Positions 1 through 10,600 of a DNA stretch of 64,000 bases are shown piece after piece. A program made the translations under genes and the position numbers. The notes under the pieces are model-generated. The model did not search any database, was not told the DNA's origin, and worked only from the letters and a program-made list of their open reading frames with translations. The DNA is from Lepidodermella squamata (Eukaryota > Animalia > Gastrotricha). Numbering within the stretch: the first letter of the stretch is position 1; every line of letters begins with the position of its first letter. Location of the stretch: the NCBI GenBank assembly GCA_047495785.1, contig JBLDXI010000029.1:372001-436000 (forward strand), written 5' to 3'.

Positions 1-1511
1 AAGTTGAGCTTGAGGCTAATGATGACTTAATTATCGACTGTGATCAATACATTTTTTTGAAAAGTAAAAAAATTTCAACAGGAGCAGGGAAAAAGCAATT
101 AAATTCCAAAAATAACACGAAACATACCAGCCGGGAAGCTAATATTGCCTAAGTCAAGGGTGTTCAAGGTATTCAAAGAATTCATGGAATTCATCCCGGG
201 TGAACAAAAATTCAGCGAAAAGCGCAGAATTACGTCAGAGCGTCTACGTTTTTGGGGGAGTATAATGTTTCATTCGCGGGAAATCATCTTAATTCGCTAT
301 AGCTTGTGGTGGTATCTTATTTGCTCTCTTGAGAAGGAAGGGGGAGGGGCGGGGAATTTCTTCGAAATTCAAAGATGTGTCCAAGAGCAGTATTTTTTTG
401 GCGGGTGGTGAGTAGGGTACTTACCCCAATGAATACATATCTGCTAAGATACAAATATCCCAATCCCAAGTCAACGAAATCTTCACGAACCCCTTTACGA
501 AACCCATGTACCTATCCGCAAGAGATCGCAAGAAAAGCTTTCAAATATTGTATGCGGTTTGTCTGTATAGTGTCCGAACGCGGTGGTCTAACAGACCGTC
601 ACGTAACCGAACGACATTTTATTGCTTTATGTGCGGACAGCCTCAAATGATGTCCAGATTTTAAACAACTTTTTATCATTGAGACCTTCGTAAGACTGAT
701 ATTCTGTGTCTGCTTTGATGAGTAGTTATGAACTAGAAAATATAGACAAATATGGGCAAGAAAGTTTGGACATTTTATTCGGCTCAAACAACCATAATTA
801 GCACACCTACCTTTTAGCGACCTACTAAGCATAAAGTCGTGCAAAATCATTGTTATTTGAAGCCGAATCAAACTAAATAGAGAGCGGCTCCCGATAGTAA
901 GAAGAGACGGGACATCATCAATAAATTTGAAAAGAAATCCACGTCGACTATGGATTTGTGTGTGCGGTCCTTCGACCCTATTTCATTCCATTAAGAGGTG
1001 TCAGAGGTCTCAGGCTTTCCTTTTCAGTTCAATAACATCAGCCATCATGAGGGGTTTACATATCCACAAGATCATTTCAATTTAACCCCAAGAATGTTAA
1101 AATTATTTTAAATCTTAGAGTGATTGGATGTCTGCGGTTTTGTGAAACTGGGCAGCAATGCCTTTCTATTTGATTGAAAAACCCCCATTTTGGACACTAA
1201 CAGTCACACTGAAAAGATAAGAGGATTCACTCGCGTAATTACTCGGACTCCGGCGTTTTTTCGTTTCAAATTATTTTTCAAATCTGTATAAAGCGAAGAA
1301 CGAGAATGTTCTAGCACTGCTTCGAGTGCAAGATAGGCGCACTTGAAGTGGTGGCCAAAGAATAATAGACGGTAAGGCGGCGCCCATGCTAGCTGATGAG
1401 CATGCCAAGCAGCATGATGATGATGATGCGTCAACAAAATGCGTACGCACTTGGGGGCGTCAACACGAATTCGCCTTCAGTGCCTCAAAATCCACTGAGA
1501 TTCACCATTTG

Positions 1512-2689
1512 ATGGCCAGGCACCTAGCATTTCTAGTGCTTGGCGTATTGACGCCGCAAGTCGCCGGCTTCCCGGCGTTGCAAGATCTGATACCCAATGC
1601 GAGAAATGTCCCGAATCCTTGCAACCGAGCTAAGACCGTGCCAGGCCTCGGGCATGCTAACTTGATCGGCGGCGGCACTTTGAATCCATTTGGCATGGAT
1701 TTCTACCGAAATAATTTCACATGGTCTGTGGTATGCCCGATGGACTCTGACGGCGATGGCATGTCAAACGGCCAGGAATTGGGCGATCCATTATGTGTCT
1801 GGAGACCATTTTTCGGCGTAGACCCAACAATTATGGCTCGTAACGCAATCTCTCATCCTGGAGTCTGTGAACCGATTGATGCACCGACTTGTCAAAGAGT
1901 AAAACTTTTTCAAATGTGAAGAAAATATATCAATTTTGAGTATTGCAGGCTAACACCTTTCTTGACATGAATAAGTGTGCTGACCTTCCATTAGATCCGC
2001 CGATGCCTCCACCGAGGAGACCTCCCCCTCCCCCTCCTCCTCCGCCTCCACCGCCGCCACCGCCCCAGCCAGCAGTCCTAATTCTACCGCCCAACTTCAT
2101 GTTCTGCGCTAACAATGACAAGCCCTTCAAAGTCCCAATCACCCTAGCCGATGCTTACCAATGCGACGCAAATAACCCTTGCCCGACTGGTTATGGCTGC
2201 GTGACTGGCCCTACGGATACTCTCGCATTTTCAGTGTGCTGCCCAGTGTCTCGACAACCGCCGCCTCGATGCCCACCCCCGCCGCCGCCACCACCACCTC
2301 CTCCACCGCCCCCTCCTCCGCGGTTGTCTCTTTTGATCCCGATTTTGGTCGCTAAGCCTGCGACCGCTCCCCCTCCTCCTCCACCACCACCACCCCCGGT
2401 TTTCGTCCTACCTCCCAGCCCTGTGCCCCAGCCACCTCCCCCGCCACCACCGCAGCCGCAAGTCGTCAACCAGTCCCCAGTTGAGTGGTGCGTCCGAGAT
2501 GCGGAGACCGGTCCCTGCGGCAGCATGGTAGTCGCGTGGTACTGGAACCAAGCCGCAGCCCGTTGCTGGCCTTTCGCGTACGGCGGCTGTGTGCGGCTGA
2601 CGAGCGGCGTCATCGCCTACCGCGCGCCTTTCCTAACCCGCGACGACTGCGAATCGACGTGCCAAGCCGTAGCACGGTTGGGCAGATGA
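1512..2689 (+). CDS. Secreted temptin-domain / poly-Pro / Lustrin-type Cys-rich / Kunitz protein (2 exons: 1512-1898, 1949-2689)
   Basis: Signal peptide MARHLAFLVLGVLTPQVAG. Temptin motifs IPN..PNPC, GLGH, LNPFGMDF, CPMDSDGDGMSNGQELGDPLCVW, SHPGVC. A 50-nt GT-AG phase-0 intron (1899-1948) joins ORFs 1386 and 1943 in frame. Then poly-Pro tracts, a 6-Cys module ending in CCP, and a Kunitz domain (C..TGPC..WYWN..CWPFAYGGC..F.TRDDCESTC). Confidence 0.85.
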
Positions 2690-2922
2690 ACTCATGCAGG
2701 TGTGAGGCGTTGTTGAGCTAATTGAATTAACGCTTAAGTAAATATTTTGTTTAAACACATTTGTTACGCGTCTTAAGGCACGTGTTATGTTTACCTTAAC
2801 GCGCGAACGCCTTTGCAATTAATTTTGAAATAAAAGCGAAAAAAGTACACTGAACAAACACGCGGTTTATTGTCACCGGCAATGTGTCAAATAACAATAT
2901 TAATTTTTGCTGCCGAAATTTC

Positions 2923-4149
2923 ATGACTTTCATCACACCAGCGATATTTGTGACGCTGCTGCAATCAGCCGCTGCGTTCCAGACTTACTTGAACCGCATT
3001 CCGAATGGGAATAAAGTTCCGAATCCGTGCTTTTTCACCGGCGGATCGCAAGGCAACCTCAACATGGCTACAGCGTCCTGGTACGGGGTTGGCCACAAAA
3101 GCCGGCAAGGACGCGGCGAACTCAACCAGTTCGGTGTCGATTTCCGTTCCAGTTCTCATGTAAATTTCATCATTTTCTTTGAGGAGAAAATGCAATTAGT
3201 CGTAAATTTCCCACGCTGATATAGTTGTAAATCGGAAATCTTTCTAGCTTTTCCTGGTCTCCTCACAGCAAATTTTTGAAAAATGTTTGTTCTTCAATTA
3301 AAGGTGTGGACTACAACCCTTTGTCGTAAAGATAGTGATGGCGATGGTTTGACGAATGGAGAAGAATTAGGGGATCCAGACTGCGTATGGGTTCCCGGAG
3401 CCCGTCCGGCCTACAACCGGGTGACGCACCCAGGTGTTTGCGACCCCGTCGGATCCGCAAAATGCGCGGCCTACAACTCATTCCTACCATGCGTGGCCAC
3501 ACCGGAACCACCAGCCGGGGTCGAAACATCCGGCAATAGCCTGTCGTCCGGTCGTTACTATGAACGATTGATGCGGAACGACGTTGGTGTCGACTCGGCG
3601 TCTTGCCCAATGCTAGTCGGGCAAAATCAGCCAATCGTGACGATGGAGCTAGTTCGGTGTAGGGAAGATAGCGAATGCAGGGATGGCTACGGCTGTGTCC
3701 CGGTTGGTGACCCGAAATTTTTTGGTGTGTCTATCTGCTGTCCGTCGACGATACCTGGCCAACGAAGCGTGACGCAACGACCCAATACGTACTACGACAC
3801 TTTTAATCAATTCAGCAGCGGTTTTTGGAGTTATAACAATTTAGTCGAGGCGAATCGACGGCCCCAGCGCATTCAGCCGTCGAGATCTAGTTTCCGGCGT
3901 TGTTTCACCGATGCGCCTATGATGAAAGCGGGCAACAGGCCGTGCCAACCGCTGACGGTGCTTTGGTGGTACCAGCAGAGTGCGGCGGTTTGCCAGCCTT
4001 TCTACGCGAATGGCGAGCAATGCTCGAGTGGAACTGATTCGTATTTCGCATCGAGGCAGGAATGCCAAGCCGTGTGTGACGCTCGCGAAGTTTCGAACTC
4101 TATCATTTACTCTCGTGACACTAATAATGCGATAAATCGTTTGAAATAA
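2923..4149 (+). CDS. Secreted temptin-domain / Lustrin-type Cys-rich / Kunitz-like protein, tandem paralog (2 exons: 2923-3159, 3304-4149)
   Basis: Signal peptide MTFITPAIFVTLLQSAAA. Motifs RIPNG..PNPC, WYGVGH, LNQFGVDF, CRKDSDGDGLTNGEELGDPDCVW, THPGVC. In-frame phase-0 intron 3160-3303. GYGC..CCP module and C-terminal Kunitz-like domain (WWYQQSAAVCQPFY..F.SRQECQAVC). Confidence 0.85.
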
Positions 4150-4644
4150 ATTTTCAAGAAAATGTGATGTTCATCCCTATTTTTACAAATTCTCGATTTT
4201 ATACATTGTTTTTCATTTCGAAACAAATGAAGTTTGAATGAATTTTAAACCGCCGCCGTTAAAGTCCCCAAACACCCTCGACGTATGCAACCCAGCAAAC
4301 AAAACACAAATTTAAACTGGCTAATTTCCGGTGCACAGAGTCTATTTCACGCATTTCATTAATACAAGCGTATATGGATACTGCCAGTTTATTTATTTTT
4401 TTCGAATGTTGTTGAATGTTGTTGGCGAACAAAAAACGTACCGAATAACCCCGCCGGTTCACGCTACGTAAGTTCGGCAGCTCCACGCAAACACCTGCGC
4501 CCTAAATATAACCTCGAACGTTTTAGCTTTCTGGTCCAACGCATCGATAAGCTACTGTTTCAATTAAAAGCGATTCTAATCGCCATTTCACCTGGAACGT
4601 GCAGCAATTTGGTTAATTGCGTGAAATTCGGAGCAGTCTCGGCC

Positions 4645-7600
4645 ATGAGCAACAAAGCATTGAGGGCGTGCTTCCTTGTGGCACTCATAATTTGCCAGAT
4701 TATTGTGGCGGCAATGGCAAATAAAATCGAATCGGAACAAAATCCCATTCTTGGTGAGCTGCTATTAATAATGAAATAATTGGCCTACAATGTTTTGTGA
4801 TAAATTCTCAACCTCGATTCGAACACTTGCATTTTCCTTAAAATTTAAAACACAATTATTAAATCATTCAATACAAGTTAGTGAACCGGATTATTTGGCC
4901 ATGAGAATTTTCTGTTTTATTTTCAATTTTATGGAAAATACGCCGCCGAAAAATGGCTCAAATGCAAATTCAAAGAAAATAGGAAAATGACCCTAATAAC
5001 TATCATTTTGCCTCTCATCTCGCTTCATCCTGTCCAACCAATTTTTTAGATGAGGGATTCCGCGCTATGAAGGAGTACGTCTACGACTACGAGACGACGA
5101 CTGCCGTACAGCTGGACGGCGCCTCGGCCGCTGACCAGCAGTCGCTGCTGCGCGTGCGCTGCCGGGCCCGCCTCGCCCTGCTCGAGAACGACGCCGCCGT
5201 GCTGCGCCTCGAACAGCCGCTGTCGCTGCAGGCCTCGCAGCTGCCGTCGACCGACGCCGAGACGCCGCGCTTCGGCCCGATCGCCGCCGAGTCGCGCCTC
5301 GCCGAACAGCTGCTCAAGCCGGTCGCGTTCCGCTTCGCCGACCATGCCCAGGTCGCCTCGCTGCGCGCCGACGCCTCGGAGCCGGCGTGGTCGCTCAACC
5401 TCAAGAAGGGCCTGCTGCAGCTGCTGCAGCTGCAGCTGACCGGCCACAAGCAGGCCAAGGACGCCGTGTTCACTGTTGCGGAACCTTCGCCCATCGGCAC
5501 CTGCGACACGCTGTACACCGTCTCCGAGCCTGTGTCGGTCGCCGGCAACTCGCTGCCTCGCTTCGAAGTGCGCAAGTCCCGCAAGGACTCGCAGTGCAAG
5601 GACACGCCTCGCCTCGCCCTTTCGACCATGCCGTCCGGCGCCAAGACCGCCGACGCCCTGCGCCAGTCGACCGTCGTCGAGCTGACGCTGGCGGGCAGCC
5701 GCCGCGACTACGTCATCGCCTCGGCCAGCCTCGAGAGCCGCGTTGTCGTCCCGCTGCCAGCCAAGCGTGACGTCGTCGTCGCCTCGACGTCTCACCTGCG
5801 CCTCGCTGCCGTCGAGCCCATCGCCGACGCCAGCCACGTCCAACGCCTGCTGCCGGCCTCTGTGCGCACCCTGCGCCAACCGCTGCGCCTCGAGTCGCCT
5901 GAATTCGACCGATCTGAGGAACAGACCAAGGATCGCCAAGATCTCCAGGTTGAGGACGAGAAGGTCGCCATCGAGCGTCTGATGGCCATCAGCACCGAGT
6001 TCTGCGCCCGCCGTCGCGAGGCTAAGCACGCCCAGGCCGCCGCGTCTCTGCTCGAAATCGCGCGCACCCTGCGCCACATTCGCCCCGAACAACTGCGTCA
6101 AATCGTCGCCGAGTCGCCGTGCGCTGAGCTGCGTCTGCCGTAAGTTTCGTTCGGATATTTTAAAGAGCTCTTCTCTCGGCTTCTTACTAAAATTAAAAGT
6201 CATGGGGATTTTTCAGTTTTTTGTCGAATTCAAATATCGAAATAATTTTTTGTATATTGTCTCGATTTTTGGGAGAATTATCCGTTGAAATTGAATAACG
6301 TTTTAGTTCGTTGCATGGGAGTTTAATGCAAATTTTTGAAATATTCGAAATATTTCTGTGATACCTAATCCCTATTTCTCTTTTTAGGCTGCTGGAGGCT
6401 GTTGTTGCTGAAAACCAGCCTGGCGTGGTTGCGCTCATTTCCGACCTGGCTCAAGCGAACAAATTACCCGCTAGTGAAGCCAAGTCCATTCTCGGCTCAA
6501 TCGCTCTAGTCACCCTTCCCCGCTCGAGCGACATCGATAGATTGAACAAACTGTGCGAACAGGTAAGCTATAATATTAGCAAAATTCCAAATTCCAAATT
6601 TCGGGAAATGGTGAATTTCTCAAATTTTTTGCCATTCAAAATTAATTAAATAAATAAATTATTTTTACATTATTATCAATTTATTATGCGATAATCGTTA
6701 AAGTGAATTTGACGTGCCTAATTTTAGATTAACTCAGGCCAAGTCATGAGCAACGCCAGCCAACCTGAACGCGAGTCTCTGCACCAGCGATGCGTTCTCG
6801 CCTACAGCAGCGTAGTCGGAGCTGCTTGCTCGCCCATCAGCAGCACCCAGCAGCAGTGCCAGGGTGAACAATACGCCGAACCCATCCGCAGGCTGCTCCG
6901 CTCAGCCGTGACGCATCGCGACGAACTCGTTGCCCTGGCCGCTGTTGGAAACGCCGGTCTTCCCGCGTTGCTACCTGAGATCACCCGGGTGCTGGGTGAC
7001 CGCACCCAGTTGCGCAACCCTGAACCCATTTACGCTCTGAGACGCCTCGCAACACGGCCTGAACTAAAATCTCAAATTCGATCTATGCTATTACCAATTT
7101 TATTCGACACCAAACTGTCAGATGACGTGAGAATCGCAGCTTACGTTGCAGTCACCCTAACGCGCCCAGAATCACCCGAAATCACCCTGATTGCGAAATC
7201 TGTCGTATCGAAAAGTGAGCCTAGCTCAAATGTGGCCTCATTCGTCCGCTCTCATTTAGCCACGATGGGCAATAACTCAAGTTTCAATGGCCTCATCGAT
7301 CGCCCACTCAATTTGGTCACCCTGTCGAAAATCGCGAAATTGAGCCTTTTCGACGAGAAATTGAGCGTAGAAGCTACGATTTTGTCTCGAAGCGATGTCC
7401 CAGGACCCGATAGCCTCTACTCCCGTTTTAATTTCGAAATATTTGGCCATCGATTTTCGCCTCTTGAATTAAGCGCCTCACTTCGGCCTGTGCACCAACA
7501 TGATTTTAAGGAGGGTGATCTGAAACCGACCGATGAGCAGGAACGTGAGGAGGCTATGGTTAGGCGAATTTTACAAGGCGTTGGAATCGAAAAATTGGTG

Positions 7601-10600
7601 GATGTGATTTCGGCGAAAAAATTGCCCGGCTCCGAGGCAAATAGCCAAAGTACCGACCCGATTATTGGATATCGAGCTAATTACTACGTCAAGCTTTTCG
7701 ATCGAATTCTTGCACTGCAGACAATGGGTAAATTCTGTTAAAATTATCACAAATTTCATAAATCCTACAGAGATGGAGGCTTGAAATTCTCGAAAAGATG
7801 TTATTTTGATAAAATATTCAAAAAAAATATGTTGAAACGATAATTTGAGGGGTTTTTTCGATGAAAAGTACTACGGAATATTCGGTAATAATATGAATTA
7901 GTGCGGGTATTTCTTCACATCATCTCGGATTATTTCATATTTTTTCAATTTTTCCAGATTTCAATGAGATTAAATCAATGCTGAACAAGCTTATTCTGGG
8001 CGCGATGCGATCGAGTGGCAAATCCGACGTCGCGAATACCTATTCGAACCTGATAACTAGATCAGAAATTGTCGTGCCAACAGAAACGGGTCTGTTCGCC
8101 TCGTTTTCGGCCTCGCTCGCCTCGGTCGTTACGCTTCGCCGCCGTTTTGAAATGACCGCGAATCCTCGCCAAATCAGCGCGTCGTTCCACCCGATTATCG
8201 GTCTGGCCGGTGAAAGCCGTGCCAACATTGAGCTGCCCTTCCTACGACAAGGCCTGGCAATAACTGGGGACCTTAGATTCGAACTGCCTCTCAACGCAAA
8301 GGGCGAAGTCGAGCAGTTGAAATCGGGTGATAAATCGCTGAAAATCACGATCGAACCGCATGATAGGGACCTTGAAATTTTTAAATCTTCAATTTCTACA
8401 GTGGTTTTCGAGGAATCACTCAAGCGTGACCTCGTTCTGCCGCAATCAGTGCAGCGCGACGATAATTCAACCTTCGACAAATTATTGCGTGACGATTTCA
8501 AGAAACCAGAACGAATTCGCGCGATCGGAAATCGATTCGAAAAATCGATTTGTTCATCGCCGTCTCGCTGTTCAATGAAGCGTATCGAAGCTGGGCTGAC
8601 AATGCCATTCTTAGGCTGTAGAATGATATCTGAAGTTATTTACAACGAAAGATCGCCGCCTGTTTTCAGCGGTCCGATGAAATTCCGTTTGGTTCAGAAA
8701 AAATCCGCGGCCGAGCCATTGATTGTCCGAATCCAGGCCAAAACGCTGGAGGACATTACCGCTCAAGATGTCATGACCCGACTGGAGAAAATGACTGGGG
8801 TTAAATTGGGCGACAAATCATTTATGGATTCATTATTGCCGCGAAAAGATCGCTTCACTGCCGACTCGGAATTCGACCAGCCGGAGGACAGTGAGGAGGA
8901 AAATGCCGAAAAACCCGAAAAAACCCGAAACCAGGAAAAAACCGAAAATTCTGAAGAAAAGCCGGAAGAAAGTGAAGCGCCAAAGGCTTCTCATCGCGCC
9001 CTCTCGAAAGAGGCTGAGCAAAGTGAAAATTCAGAAAAAACCGAAAATTCCGATAAACCCGAAAAAACCGATGATTCATCATCCAGCGAGGAGGACAATT
9101 CCGAAAACGAGCAAATTCAACGCGAACGCGACTTCGTTGTTAAAGATGCTCGCGATTTCGATATGAATGAGCTTCGATCGCGTTACATGGGCGATTCTAA
9201 GGTGCGCATGCAGGTCCTCCAGTTGGATGCGAAAGTTGGAAATCGGACGGCGAAATGGGCGCTAAGTGTCACGCGCGGGCCTCGCGTTTTTATTACGCGC
9301 AATTACTTTGAGGTGACACCTTTCACGCAAGTCTACAAGGCACTTTGGGAGACTCTTCTTCCTAGTAAGTTCAATTTTTGTTAGCTTGCTTCACTCTAAA
9401 AATGGACTGTATCATAAAATCTTAAATTAATTAAAGAATAAATTAAACAAAATAGTTTATCTTGGGAATTTTATAAAGTTTAAAATAAATTGAATGTTTG
9501 GATTAAATTTCAAATTTCAAATTTCAAATTCCAAATTTTCAAATTTTAATTTTTAATTTTAGACAAATTTATTAAATGTCCTTTTCCTCTTAGTTGAGAA
9601 AGATATTGGCCACGTGATCCGAACAATCACTCCAGACGACCTGAACTCAGTCACCGACCTGCCTTCGTACCAACTATGGCGCTATGGCAAAAATTTGGAG
9701 AAGCGCATTTCAATCCAACTGAGGGCTCAACCTCGCCGTAAGCAAATCCAGCCAAGCGAATCCAAGGCGGCAGATGACAGTTTCTTCTACCGTATGATGG
9801 ACGAAAACAAACGCGATGATTTGAATGAAATAACGCGCGAAACAATCGCGACTTACAGATCTGCGCTTCAAGCTGTCCCAGAACTTATCCAGAGCTTCGA
9901 ACGCTGCATTTCGCAGGGGAAATTCGGGTTCGATAGTTGCACGGAGACTAAGACTGAATATGTTTATTCATGCTTGGCTGAGCATGTCGGCGAGATTGCG
10001 GCTGAAATGGGCCAGCGAGAGCGTGAACAACTCAGACAAGAGCAAATTGTCAAGGTCGATCGGTGCATTGAGCGAAAATTCACTGATAAGCTGTATTTAC
10101 GCGATATTTCTATCTACATTGCTTATGACCGGGTAAGATTGTTGTCAACTTAGGAATCAAAAATTTAATTTGAAATAAAAAATTAGAAAGCCCCAATTAA
10201 TTAACAGTAATAATTGTGAAATTTTCCAAAATTTTGACTTTGAAAAAATTAAAAATTTACATTTCAAATTTTTTAAATGTCCCAACATCTATTTTAATTA
10301 AATTTGTTCAATTTCAAGAATCCGGTGAATATAATGATGCATGAGATATTAAATTAGAAGAATTCCTTAGAAACACTATTCGAAAAAATCTCAAACAGGG
10401 TAAGCTAGGAATTGTTTTTGTGTTCACGCCCCCACTGATGGGGGTGAGCCGAATCCCGGAGGCACTGCAATACCGGGCCGACTCTTGGGCAGGGTCCAGC
10501 AAGCTGGTGTCACCTGCCCGGCTAGCCAAAAATCGGGCTAATATCGTAGGCCCCACATGGAGGCCGTTGTAGATATTAAACTACAAAGAACAGATACTAC

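Noticed and set aside
145-1440. Short ORFs at the window start
   Set aside because: No motifs, splice-consistent model or codon bias.
1930-2613. Poly-Gly minus-strand ORFs
   Set aside because: Reverse complement of the poly-Pro codons of the temptin/Kunitz gene.
5046-6203. 385-aa minus-strand ORF and other overlapping ORFs
   Set aside because: Antisense shadows of the GC3-rich vitellogenin exon; the same applies to shadow ORFs over transportin, DEK and PTBP.
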